A DNA stretch of 51,777 nucleotides from Gammaproteobacteria bacterium (GCA_018224385.1 JAGTVB010000058.1:1-51777), one strand, 5' to 3'; shown: positions 9,697 to 19,171, counted from the first letter of the stretch. Notes: generated by a model not told the origin, from the letters alone. Numbers and translations are program-made.

Positions 9697-10446
9697 TCAG
9701 CCGAGCTGCGGCGTGATCAGCGCCTGCGAAACGGCACGGGCAATAGCGTGTTGCCGATTGCTCACATTCAGCTTGGTGGAAGCATTCTGAATATGAAAAA
9801 TGACGGTTCGTTCGGAAATATTGAGGATGTACGCCGTTTCCCAGGTGGTCTTGCCTTCTGCCGCCCACAGCAGGCACTCCTTTTCCCGTTGCGTCAGTCG
9901 CGGCTTCGCGATGGGGAGCTCTTTTTTGGCGAAGATGCGTCGTGCAGATTCGTGGATATAGCCGGTGATGAGATGGCCGTGGGGTAAGGATTGGATAATG
10001 GAGTCCTCGGCGGCCTTCTGCTCATCTTGGGAGACAAGACTCAAAATGGCGGATTCGCCTCCTCCTCCATGAGCTGGGAAGCTCACGCCGCTTTTCAATC
10101 CGTGATCGCGAGCTTCCGCCATGAGCTGACATGCCCGCGGTTCGGTAGCTTGAACAGTGGATTCGAGGTCTTTCCAGAGAAGAGGTGTCAGTCGGCTTGT
10201 GCAGTGGATGACGGTGGGATCCACCTTCATGTAACCGCAGGCTTTGTAGTGCTGCCACCACTGAGTCGGAAAACCACTGATGATGGCGACTTGCGGTTTG
10301 ATAAAAGACGTGGGGAACTGCGTGCCGTAAAGGAAGTAATCGAAGCCGAGTATCTCGCAGACTTTTGAACAGACCGAGTGGAGATCTTCAACCGTCTCCG
10401 CCGCTAAGGCTAAGCCGATGAGTTCCTGGAAAGACGACCGTACCAT
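9697..10446 (-). CDS. luxR: LuxR-family AHL-responsive transcriptional regulator
   Basis: N-terminal autoinducer-binding domain (...PTQWWQHYKACGYMKVDPTVIHC...) and a C-terminal LuxR/GerE HTH (LTQREKECLLWAAEGKTTWETAYILNISERTVIFHIQNASTKLNV). Confidence 0.9.
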   Translation of the reverse strand: MVRSSFQELIGLALAAETVEDLHSVCSKVCEILGFDYFLYGTQFPTSFIKPQVAIISGFPTQWWQHYKACGYMKVDPTVIHCTSRLTPLLWKDLESTVQATEPRACQLMAEARDHGLKSGVSFPAHGGGGESAILSLVSQDEQKAAEDSIIQSLPHGHLITGYIHESARRIFAKKELPIAKPRLTQREKECLLWAAEGKTTWETAYILNISERTVIFHIQNASTKLNVSNRQHAIARAVSQALITPQLG

Positions 10447-10673
10447 GACCCATTGCTCCCCTCTTGTACGCTTTTCTGTATCGTTATTGTGGTTATGGAT
10501 TCCATTGGTAGCTCTTGCAACAGGCTGTCGGTATGAACCTCAAGGGGGAGTGTGTTTTGTCAACCCGAAGCCCACCTGGAAAGGTTTTCGGCAGGAGTCG
10601 CTTACCTCAGAAGCTGTTTTAACAACCACTGCGCTAGCCTGAGCGGCGTTGTGCGACGGCCCTCAATGCTTAT

Positions 10674-10756
10674 GTACTCCCTTGTACAATGCGGTTGTTC
10701 ACCGCCGTGCGCCTTGCGACTTCGGCGCACGCGCCATTTTTGGAATAGCTTCTCAG
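10674..10756 (+). repeat. Dispersed ~83-nt intergenic repeat (family 2), copy 1
   Basis: GTACTCCCTTGTACAATGCGGTTGTTCACCGCCGTGCGCCTTGCGACTTCGGCGCACGCGCC... aligns with the reverse complement of 45997-46078, roughly three-quarters identical by eye. It contains the hairpin CGTGCGCC-N10-GGCGCACG. Confidence 0.65.
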
Positions 10757-11120
10757 TGGCCATGATCCGATCTTACCGGTAACACCGACGTCGAAACGAT
10801 AAATAATATCAGCCTACCACAATATTATCGTCAGATTCTAATATATGTTCCATAGAGAAGGCACTATCGTGGTGAAAACACAATGACACTAGAGCGCAGT
10901 TAGTCTTGTCGAAGTGTTAGATACGGATTGTGCAGCCGAGCTTCTGTCACAGAATTTTGTTCCGAGCATCGGGGACCCGTATTGTGGGCGGAGTGATGCG
11001 CCATGGCGTCCGGCATGTGCTGGTGAGGCAATGGCGCAACAGCGCGCAAGCTCAGGGTCGTTGTGGTAGGAATCTGATAGTATTATGTGGCAACCTTTAT
11101 GGCATCGTAATGGAGGAAGT

Positions 11121-11405
11121 ATGGTGAAGGCAGGGCCTGCGGCTGACGGAAAAACGCTATCCGAGGGTGGTATGTTCACGATCGAAGCAGCGCAAGACGG
11201 CGCCGGCCGCGTTATCGTGATGGGTAAGCCGAGCCGAAAACGCGCCAACACGTTTATCAATATTCCGATCTCGGGTGAGCTGCGCGATCGTCTTGGCGAG
11301 CAGGTTCTCGGCTCGTTAGCGATGGGCACTGGCGCGCTCATTGAGTGGGCGCTCAAGGAGTTGCAGCGTCAGGGGATCTCTATCAAGGTGGTTCCTCGTA
11401 ACTAA
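11121..11405 (+). CDS. Small conserved protein, predicted ribbon-helix-helix-like DNA binder (paralogue A)
   Basis: Paralogue of 14812-15129. The shared core is K..RKRA.TFINIPIS..LR.RL..Q..GSLAMGTGAL.EWAL.EL.RQGISI. The strand-helix-helix pattern suggests an RHH fold (inference). The ATG at 11121 follows GGAGGAAG. An internal Met (MFTIE) is an alternative start. Confidence 0.6.
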   Translation: MVKAGPAADGKTLSEGGMFTIEAAQDGAGRVIVMGKPSRKRANTFINIPISGELRDRLGEQVLGSLAMGTGALIEWALKELQRQGISIKVVPRN

Positions 11406-11535
11406 GAGCGCGCGTGGTGTGAGCGCAGCCAAGGTATCGGCGAACAGTAGGTCATCAATGCGCTTTCAAGGCCACGATGACCATGGCCGCAAAATGAACC
11501 GTTGGCGGCGCGCCGGACTTTTGCTCATCGGTCTT

Positions 11536-12999
11536 CTATACGCTGAGGACGGTTATGGAGGGGGCGTTTAGCACGAGGTCGCTGTGGAAGCCCTGAACGA
11601 GAAGGATGTGGTTTCCCGGAATGGCGATTTCGATACGTTTGACCGCCTGTCGGGCGAGCGCCGCCGGATTGGCGAGCTCTCCTGGAGTGGCTGCCATGGG
11701 AATGACACCCCACAGCAGGCTCATGCGACGATAGGTGTGCTGATTGGCCGAGAGCGCGATGACTGGCGCCGCCGGGCGCGCCGAGCTTACGGTTACGGCG
11801 GTGCGTCCGCTTTCCGAGATGACGACGATGGCGCGCACCGACAGCAGTCGGGAGAGCAAGGCGGTCGCATCGGCGACGGCATCCCCGAACGGGATAGGGG
11901 GGTCAGCTTGTGTTCCCGAACCGATGGATCCAAAGGCGCCGTGCTGCCACAAGTAGCTCTCCGTTTGGCGTGCGATGCGGTCCATCATCTCAACGGCCAC
12001 GACGGGATGAGCGCCAATGGCCGTCTCTGCCGAGAGCATCAGGGCATCGGCCCCGCTGGAGACGGAAAGGGAGACGTCGGCAACTTCGGCTCGCGTGGGC
12101 CGCGTGTTGACGATCATCGATTCGAGCATCTGGGTAGCGATGATGACGGGTTTGTTCAGTGCCAGCGCCTGATCGATGAGCTGCCGTTGGGCGACCGGAA
12201 CATGCTCGGGCAAGAGTTCGACGCCAAGATCGCCGCGTGCCACCATGATGCCATCGGAACACTCGAGGATCGCCTCGCTGTTGATCAGCGCTTCCGGGCG
12301 CTCGATCTTGGCTATCACCGCCGCCTGACCTCCCCAGTCTTTAACCAAGCGTTTCAGCTCGACCAGATCCGCTGCCCGCCGCACAAATGAAAGAGCGAGG
12401 AAGTCGACCCCGAGCTCCACGGCAAAACGCGCGTCGGCGCGATCTTTCTCCGTGAGCGAGGGGGCCGAAACGCTCACGCCCGGGAGGTTCATCCCGGCAC
12501 GCTCTTTCAATACTCCTCCCTGGGTTACTTCGCACACGACCTCGGTGGCGGCGATGCTTCGCACCCAAAGCTCCATGACCCCATCGGCCAGGAGAATGCG
12601 ATCTCCGGGGGAAACATCCTGCGCCAAGGACTGATATTGGGAGGGGATAACAGCCTCGTCCCCTATGATGTCTCGGGTAGTGACGGTGATGCGATCACCG
12701 GTCGTTAGAGTGATGCGGCCTTGTTTGAGCCGACCGACTCGGATTTTGGGACCGGCAAGGTCGGCTAAAGCGGCCACCGTGCCGCCTGTGGCTAGTGCGG
12801 CCGCTCGAAGCTGCTGGTACGCGGTGCGGTGCTCGGCCCGGTCGCCGTGCGACAGGTTGAGGCGGAACACGTTCACCCCCGCTGTGATCAAGCGGGCGAT
12901 GATGGCGGGATCGCGGCAAGCCGGCCCAAGGGTGGCAACAATTTTCGTGCGTCGATTCTTCAGAAGCCGGAAAGTCGTCTCAATGGACATTGGATCCAT
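11536..12999 (-). CDS. pyk: Pyruvate kinase
   Basis: Full-length match to pyruvate kinase motifs (RRTKIVATLGPA, NVFRLNLSHG, IIAKIERPEAL, MVARGDLGVE, ATQMLESM). The start could instead be the ATG at 12990. Confidence 0.9.
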   Translation of the reverse strand: MDPMSIETTFRLLKNRRTKIVATLGPACRDPAIIARLITAGVNVFRLNLSHGDRAEHRTAYQQLRAAALATGGTVAALADLAGPKIRVGRLKQGRITLTTGDRITVTTRDIIGDEAVIPSQYQSLAQDVSPGDRILLADGVMELWVRSIAATEVVCEVTQGGVLKERAGMNLPGVSVSAPSLTEKDRADARFAVELGVDFLALSFVRRAADLVELKRLVKDWGGQAAVIAKIERPEALINSEAILECSDGIMVARGDLGVELLPEHVPVAQRQLIDQALALNKPVIIATQMLESMIVNTRPTRAEVADVSLSVSSGADALMLSAETAIGAHPVVAVEMMDRIARQTESYLWQHGAFGSIGSGTQADPPIPFGDAVADATALLSRLLSVRAIVVISESGRTAVTVSSARPAAPVIALSANQHTYRRMSLLWGVIPMAATPGELANPAALARQAVKRIEIAIPGNHILLVQGFHSDLVLNAPSITVLSV

Positions 13000-13115
13000 C
13001 CATGCCAGGGAACGTTGCGGTATCGCGCTCTCGCGAGAGAGGCCTTGACACTATTTTCTTGTCGAGCGGCCACCCCGAACGAAACGATGACCACGGCCAA
13101 ACATCCTTTAAGGCA

Positions 13116-14801
13116 TCATCGCGCCATACTTTGCAGAGGCCGCGGCCTGCCGATGGTATAGCCTTGGGCGTAGTCTACGCCGAAGCTCTTGAGCATCTCC
13201 AGTATGGCCGCATTCTCAACACACTCGGCGATGGTTTGGATTCCCATCAAATGACCGACTTTGTTCATGGCGCCGACAATGGCTTGGTCCACCGTGTCCT
13301 GGACCATGTCGCGCACGAAGCTGCCATCGATTTTCAGGTAATCGACCGGCAGATGCTTTAGGTAGGCAAAAGAAGACAGTCCGCTACCAAAATCGTCCAG
13401 GGCAAATCGGCAGCCCAGAGTCTTTATGGCATTGATCAGTTGAGCGGCCTGGGTGAGGCTGTTTATGGCGGCTGTCTCGGTAATCTCAAAACATATCCGG
13501 TGTGGCGCCACGGCCGAGCTGGCCAACTGAGCGCGCACGAAGTCGAGAAGAGAGCCGTCATTTAAGGAGGTGCCCGAGAGATTGATGACGATTCCCGACT
13601 GCAGAACGCCGTTCAGTACAGGCGCCGCATCGTGTAAGGCGGCGTGGATTACCCAGCGGTCGATGGCTGTCATCAGGCCATAGCGTTCCGCGGTCGGGAT
13701 AAACGCTTCTGGCGCAACCACTTGATTTCTCCGGTCCAGTAGCCGCAGCAGCAGCTCGTAGTGCAGCGGTGGCTCTGTCTGCGCCGACAGTGCGACGATC
13801 GGCTGCGCATACAGCTCAAAGCGGTTGTTGGCCAAAGCATCTTGAAGCCTGGCCAGGTGTGAGCCATGGGAGGGTTGGCGCTCGACTGTATCATGGCTTG
13901 GCAGGTGGATATGGACCCGATTCTCTCCGCGCCGTTTCGCTGTGCTACAGGCAAGATCTGCCTGTTTCAGCAATACGTGGATATCCTGACACTCAGCCGT
14001 GACGGGCACCAGGCCGATGCTCGCACCGAGCGCGCACTGCGTGTCACCGCGGCAGAACGTGACTTGACGTATCGCACCGATCATGGATTCTGCAATCTGG
14101 CTTGCCTTGTGTTCTGGGCAATTTTCCAGAAGCAGCGAGAACGCGTCCCCGCCGGTTCTCGCCAATGTGTCCCGTGCCCGCAGCTTGTCAAGGAGCAGGT
14201 TCGCGACCTGCTTGAGCAGAGTGTCACCGGCATCATGACCACAGGTATCGTTGACGAGTTGGAACTGGTCGAGATCGAGGTAGCCGAGCATGTGGCGAAC
14301 GCCTTGTTCCTGAGCGCTGCTCAAGGCGCGATCGAGCCGGCGCTCGAACTCACGGCGGTTCACCAGGCCCGTCAGGGGATCGTGGGCGGCAGGAGGTACG
14401 ACTTCCTGCCACTGAGTTCGTACCCTCGTCACATCGCTGAACACGAGCACTGAGCCGACCACCCGGCCATGCTCGTCGTGCAGCAGGGAGTTCGAATAGT
14501 GGATGGCAAATTGCCGCCCGGAGCGGCTGATCAACACACCGTACTGTGGCAGGTTGACTACCCCGCCTTGCTGCTCGCACTGGACTGCGGTCAGCGGCCG
14601 GCGCGTGCGCCCATGCTCGTCAATAATCGAGACGATGGACTCCAAGGGACGGCCTCTTGAGTCCTCGAGCGGCCATCCGGTCATTTCTTCAGCGGCGGGG
14701 TTGAGGTAATCGATCCGCCCTTGAACGTCAGCGGAGATGACTGCGTCGCCGATGGCTTTGAGAACGAGGTGAGGGTGGGGCACGCAGGGCTCAGGCATCA
14801 T
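13116..14801 (-). CDS. PAS / GGDEF (degenerate GGDAF) / EAL (ELL-type) c-di-GMP signalling protein
   Basis: PAS segment (LKAIGDAVISADVQGRIDYLNPAAEEMTGW). The GGDEF domain reads RARD-TLART-GGDAF, so the I-site RxxD is retained and the catalytic Glu is replaced by Ala. The EAL domain has YELLLR, DDFGSGLSSFAYLK and QTIAECVE. Confidence 0.85.
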   Translation of the reverse strand: MMPEPCVPHPHLVLKAIGDAVISADVQGRIDYLNPAAEEMTGWPLEDSRGRPLESIVSIIDEHGRTRRPLTAVQCEQQGGVVNLPQYGVLISRSGRQFAIHYSNSLLHDEHGRVVGSVLVFSDVTRVRTQWQEVVPPAAHDPLTGLVNRREFERRLDRALSSAQEQGVRHMLGYLDLDQFQLVNDTCGHDAGDTLLKQVANLLLDKLRARDTLARTGGDAFSLLLENCPEHKASQIAESMIGAIRQVTFCRGDTQCALGASIGLVPVTAECQDIHVLLKQADLACSTAKRRGENRVHIHLPSHDTVERQPSHGSHLARLQDALANNRFELYAQPIVALSAQTEPPLHYELLLRLLDRRNQVVAPEAFIPTAERYGLMTAIDRWVIHAALHDAAPVLNGVLQSGIVINLSGTSLNDGSLLDFVRAQLASSAVAPHRICFEITETAAINSLTQAAQLINAIKTLGCRFALDDFGSGLSSFAYLKHLPVDYLKIDGSFVRDMVQDTVDQAIVGAMNKVGHLMGIQTIAECVENAAILEMLKSFGVDYAQGYTIGRPRPLQSMAR

Positions 14802-14811
14802 GAGCGGCTGT

Positions 14812-15129
14812 TTAATCCCGAACCCGCGCCTCGATGGAGATGCCTTGCCGCTTGAGTTCTTCGAGCGCCCATTCCAGCAAGGCGCCGGTGCCCATCGCTA
14901 GAGAGCCGATAATCTGCGTGTCAAGGCGCTTGCGCAAGGATTCGGAAATGGGAATATTGATAAAGGTTTTGGCCCGCTTTCTTGTCGCCTTGCCGACGAC
15001 AACGACTTGGCTCTGGGTGCCCCCCGGACGGGTCTCGATCACAAACATCCCCAGCTCGCCGTCTCGGCCATGAAGGCGGCCTTGTTGGCTGTTTTTATTT
15101 ACCACTACAAACCTCACTGGTCTTGGCAT
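14812..15129 (-). CDS. Small conserved protein, predicted ribbon-helix-helix-like DNA binder (paralogue B)
   Basis: Paralogue of 11121-11405; similarity is visible at both protein and DNA level over the last ~65 codons. It lies 10 nt upstream of the PAS-GGDEF-EAL gene on the same strand. An AT-rich promoter-like region lies at 15130-15200. Confidence 0.6.
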   Translation of the reverse strand: MPRPVRFVVVNKNSQQGRLHGRDGELGMFVIETRPGGTQSQVVVVGKATRKRAKTFINIPISESLRKRLDTQIIGSLAMGTGALLEWALEELKRQGISIEARVRD

Positions 15130-15418
15130 GCAGACCTAAAGTGTTATCACACTATAGTAACATCATTAATATACTGCGAGCCATGATACCTCATTTAGCC
15201 GTGAAGGTATCCGAATTAAGTCGCACAAGACGAGACGGTAGGGTCGATACCTCACGGCTTGTCTGTTCTTGACGGTTCGTTACTGAGACGCGCGTACGTG
15301 TCTACGGAGAAGGCGCACGGCGGTTGGAAGTGTTGTGTGGGTAGATCCCCCAGCCGCCGAGTTGTCGCTCCGCCGCCGCATCCCTCAGGGCAAGCGTTGC
15401 GGCGCTGAATACACTTTA

Positions 15419-18400
15419 TTAGAGACGCGCGCCGTCGAACCGTTCCAGCACGTAATCAAGCCACAGGTCGGTGAGCTTCTCCTGCACGGAATTCTGTCGC
15501 AGGCGAGCGCCCAGATTGATAAAATCGACCTCGTCGAGCGGCTGATCCTGGTTATAGCAGGAGTAGACAAAGCTCACTTCCCCGGATCGTTTCGTGTGCT
15601 TACACAGACACTGCGAGCATACGCCCTTCATCATGCACTGCATGGGCGAATTGATGGAGCCGATGGCGACGAGTTCCCGCTTCAGAAAGGGTTTCAGAAC
15701 ACTTTCTCGGGCCGCCTCGACGGCCCCCATCATGCGATCGGATCCGATCACGATGAGTCGGTCAATCGTTGACAAGGGGATGGTGACGGGGCCCAGCGCG
15801 CCTTCGCCGTAGGCTACCATCGCCTGGACCAGATTACCGACAAAGCTCTTGTCTTGCGGCCGGCTGAGGGGCAACGGTGCTACGCCCGGCCCCGCATCCA
15901 CAGCCCAGACCAACACCTCGGAGGCGGCCTCCAGGTCGGCTCGCCGAAACACATCGACAGGCTTGCGATAGCCGGCAAAGTAAAGGACCCGCGAGCCCGC
16001 GGCGCGCAGCGCGCGCCCGATGGAGAGCAGCACCGCGTTGCCGAGCCCGCCACCGACCAAGAGCACATTCTCATCCGCGGGGATCTCGGTGGGCGCTCCG
16101 GTTGGCCCCATCAGCACGATGGGATCGCCCGGCTGCCACAAGGCGCAAAGCTTCGAAGAGGCACCCATTTCCAGCGTTATTAGCGAAACCAATCCGCGCG
16201 CCGGGTCCACCCAGGCTCCGGTAAGCGCCAGCCCTTCCGCCGCGAGGCAGGTGTTCTCCACCCGTGCAGCGCGGCTTTCGAAATTCTGTACTCGGTAGAA
16301 TTGCCCGGGACGAAATTGGCGAGCTTGCCGGGGTGCTCGCACCACCACCTCGACGATGGTCGGTGTCAGTCGGTTCACTTGCGCCACGGTGGCGAGAAGC
16401 TCCTCATCGAGGCGGCGGTGCAGCGCAGCGAGCGCCTCGTTGCGTGACCCCTGCTGCGATGGATCGAGGGTTTTGAGGTCATTCTTGAACAGACGCGCAA
16501 TGTAGGGATAGCCATCCCTGGCGCTTGCCATGGCTTTGACCACGTTGCCCGCATAGACGGGATGATTGTCTCCAAAAAAGGTGATGTATTTGCCGTCGAG
16601 TTGATAGGAGGTAAACGGCGCAGGTTTACCCCGCTTCGCAGCGGGCGTGTCGGTGACCGGTACGAGTGTCGGAAATGCATTGTCCCAGCGCGGCTCGAAG
16701 CGCCGGAAAAACTTGCCCTCCTTTTCGAAGGTTCCGGGATGTTCGCGTTCGTAGATGAGGTTCGGCGACGTACCGGCCGCGATGAACAGACTGCGCAATG
16801 CCACCACGGGCTGTTCAACAGAGCGAACCCACTGGCCATCGCGCGGCACGAGACGGTGGAATTTAACGGCGCACAGGTGCCCGAATTCGTCCGCGAGAGC
16901 CTCAATCGGACTCATACCCGGTGCCAGGGCAATACCCTCTTCCAGCGCTTTCTGAATCTCCTCGTGGTTCTGACGGTAGGCGGGGGAATCGTTGAGATCC
17001 TTGCGGTAATAGAGGGTTACCCCACCCCAGCTCCTGAGTAACGGCAGAAAATCGGGCGCTCGCATCTCGATCCGAGCCCGTTGCCGTTCGCTACGCACGG
17101 CCCGGCCGTGGGCCAGCAGTTCCTCGAGGATCAGCCGCTCTTCCGCATCATAGCGAGCCATAACGGCATCGGCTCCAAAGCGGGCAACCAAAGCGTCGTA
17201 GCGTTCCAGGCACTTTTCGACTTGCACTGGGTAGTAGGCGAGTAGCTCGGTGGCGGTATCGATGGCCGTCAAGCCGCCCCCGATGACGCCGGCGGGCAAG
17301 CGCACCTGCAGATTGGCTAGCGAGTCGCGTTTGGCGGCCCCTGTGAGCTGCAGTGCCATGAGGAAATCTGAGGCCTTGCGCACGCCACGAATGAGATTGT
17401 TTTCCATGCCAATGACCGTTGGCTCGCCGGCGCCGGAGGCGATGGCGATATGGTCAAATCCGAGCGCCCAGGTATCGTCTATCGTGAGCGTGCCGCCGAA
17501 ACGTATCCCCCCATAGCAGCGAAAGCTGCGACGCCGCGCGAGATTCAGATAGATGACCTTGAGGAAGTTCTTATCCCAGCGGACCGTAATCCCGTATTCT
17601 GCGACGCCTCCGAATCCTGCCATGATGCGCTGGTCGAGTTCATCGTAGAGTGCAGCAAAGTCGCGTATGGGCGCCGGCAGGCTTTCTTGGTTGCCCACCA
17701 GCGCTTCGGGCAACGGTTCGATTTTCAGGCCATCAATGCCGACCACGCCAAAGCCTTCGTTTAGAAGGTAGTGGGCCAGGGTGTAGCCCGCCGGACCCAG
17801 CCCGACCACCAGTACATTTTTTCCATTGTACGCAACGGCGCAGGGCTGCTTGACGTTGAGCGGGTTCCAACGCGTGAGCAGACTGTAGATCTCGAACCCA
17901 TAGGGCATGAACAGCACATCGGTGAGGATGTTGGTCTCGACCTGGGGGATGTTGACCGGCTCGACCTTCTGATAGATGCAGGCCTTCATACAGTCGTTGC
18001 AGATGCGGTGGCCAGTGCCCGGCACCATCGGGTTGTCGATGGTGATGAGGGCCAGCGCACCAATATCATCCCCACTGCGTTTTAGCACGTGCGCCTCGGA
18101 GACTTTCTCCTCCAAGGGACAACCCGCAAGGGCCACGCCCAGCGGATTGTCCCTCAGCGTGCCATCCTTCTTGCGCATGCCTTTGGAACACGAATCCCGG
18201 TCGCGATCGTGACAATAGATACAATGCTCCACTTCAAATAGGACTTCCCGCTCGGAGAAGCGCTGATCGGTCAAGGCAAAGCCGTCGCGCTGCCGGCGTT
18301 TGGCGTCATCAATGGTGAGTGCGCGGTACCCATCCCGCTGATTTGCCTCGAAGGAGACGAGTTGAGAGAAATCGATACGTTGGACAGCCTTGAAACTCAT

Positions 18401-19171
18401 CCAACCTTCGACTCTGGGTTGCGAGTGGGGGTTGTGCAGCGCTTGGTACGTCCAGCGGCGCAGGGTCTCCAGTAACTTCTCGACCAAACCGCCGTGGGTC
18501 GCTTCAGACAGGGCAGGGGCGAAGACCTCACGGGCTTGTGGGTGCCGTGCCAGCCGCTCACGCAGCGCGGTCACAGCGCCGCTGGCCTCGGCGGATGAGG
18601 GCCGATCGGTGTTCTCCTGCGCCTGGATGCTCTGGCGCAAAGCGAGCAGTCGGGACGCGAGCGCACCGAGGGCGCGTTCGTCGTCGGCCTCTTCGGCGAT
18701 CTCCGCAAAGGCGGAACGCTTCAGGATCTGAACGGCCCGATCGAGGGCGGGCAGATCCCATCGGGCCTGGTCTTCTACCCGAAACAGCTTGTCCACCGCT
18801 TGCACGATCTCGCGGCGGTAGGTAAAGACGGCCGCAAATTCGCGCTGAGTCGCGCCCATCTTCGCGCCGCGCTCCGCCTCCACGCCAAACAGGCGTGCTA
18901 CGAACTGACCCATATGGGGGGCAAGGCGCACCAGCAGTGCGGAACGCTGCGGTGCCGTGAGCCCTTCGCCCTGATGCAGGCGATAGGACACGAATTCGTC
19001 AAACAGCGCCGGATCGTCATCTTGTAAGGCCGCGTCGAAGACCTGCAGCAGATCGGCCAGACGTTCCGGGGCATACAGATCCCCATAGGTGAAGCCAGGG
19101 ATGGAAAGCGGAATATCGTTTGGGTGGTTTCCCTTCATCGCATCTCGCCAAATCGCATGGGTGGGATCCAT
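15419..19171 (-). CDS. Large fused oxidoreductase: unknown N-terminal region + GltD-like Fe-S/FAD-NAD(P) module + PyrK-like FAD/NAD/[2Fe-2S] module
   Basis: 1250-aa ORF. Cys clusters (CIYCHDRDRDSC, CNDCMKAC) are followed by a dinucleotide fold (VLVVGLGPAGYTLA), as in the glutamate synthase small subunit. The C-terminal ferredoxin-reductase-like part (RQFRPGQFYRV...LLVGGGLGNAV) ends with C-x5-C-x2-C...C (CMMKGVCSQCLC...YSC), as in the PyrK electron-transfer subunit. An alternative start is the Met at 19138. Confidence 0.75.
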   Translation of the reverse strand: MDPTHAIWRDAMKGNHPNDIPLSIPGFTYGDLYAPERLADLLQVFDAALQDDDPALFDEFVSYRLHQGEGLTAPQRSALLVRLAPHMGQFVARLFGVEAERGAKMGATQREFAAVFTYRREIVQAVDKLFRVEDQARWDLPALDRAVQILKRSAFAEIAEEADDERALGALASRLLALRQSIQAQENTDRPSSAEASGAVTALRERLARHPQAREVFAPALSEATHGGLVEKLLETLRRWTYQALHNPHSQPRVEGWMSFKAVQRIDFSQLVSFEANQRDGYRALTIDDAKRRQRDGFALTDQRFSEREVLFEVEHCIYCHDRDRDSCSKGMRKKDGTLRDNPLGVALAGCPLEEKVSEAHVLKRSGDDIGALALITIDNPMVPGTGHRICNDCMKACIYQKVEPVNIPQVETNILTDVLFMPYGFEIYSLLTRWNPLNVKQPCAVAYNGKNVLVVGLGPAGYTLAHYLLNEGFGVVGIDGLKIEPLPEALVGNQESLPAPIRDFAALYDELDQRIMAGFGGVAEYGITVRWDKNFLKVIYLNLARRRSFRCYGGIRFGGTLTIDDTWALGFDHIAIASGAGEPTVIGMENNLIRGVRKASDFLMALQLTGAAKRDSLANLQVRLPAGVIGGGLTAIDTATELLAYYPVQVEKCLERYDALVARFGADAVMARYDAEERLILEELLAHGRAVRSERQRARIEMRAPDFLPLLRSWGGVTLYYRKDLNDSPAYRQNHEEIQKALEEGIALAPGMSPIEALADEFGHLCAVKFHRLVPRDGQWVRSVEQPVVALRSLFIAAGTSPNLIYEREHPGTFEKEGKFFRRFEPRWDNAFPTLVPVTDTPAAKRGKPAPFTSYQLDGKYITFFGDNHPVYAGNVVKAMASARDGYPYIARLFKNDLKTLDPSQQGSRNEALAALHRRLDEELLATVAQVNRLTPTIVEVVVRAPRQARQFRPGQFYRVQNFESRAARVENTCLAAEGLALTGAWVDPARGLVSLITLEMGASSKLCALWQPGDPIVLMGPTGAPTEIPADENVLLVGGGLGNAVLLSIGRALRAAGSRVLYFAGYRKPVDVFRRADLEAASEVLVWAVDAGPGVAPLPLSRPQDKSFVGNLVQAMVAYGEGALGPVTIPLSTIDRLIVIGSDRMMGAVEAARESVLKPFLKRELVAIGSINSPMQCMMKGVCSQCLCKHTKRSGEVSFVYSCYNQDQPLDEVDFINLGARLRQNSVQEKLTDLWLDYVLERFDGARL

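Noticed and set aside
9321-9790. Plus-strand ORFs (131 and 147 aa) in the luxR-luxI spacer, examined as a possible RsaL-like repressor gene
   Set aside because: The translations are Arg/Ala/Pro-rich, with no HTH and no RBS, and they overlap the 3' end of luxR. They are not RsaL-like.
10445-10642. 65-aa ORF with a lipobox-like LATGC, starting back-to-back with the luxR ATG
   Set aside because: The start codon overlaps the luxR start codon, leaving no room for an RBS or promoter. The region is AT-rich and promoter-like, so it is most likely non-coding.
11085-15129. Inverted RHH-like paralogues considered as the ends of a composite transposon or genomic islet
   Set aside because: There is no transposase, integrase or recombinase, no terminal inverted repeats beyond the coding similarity, and no flanking direct repeats. 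The cargo (pyk, PAS-GGDEF-EAL) looks like core genes.
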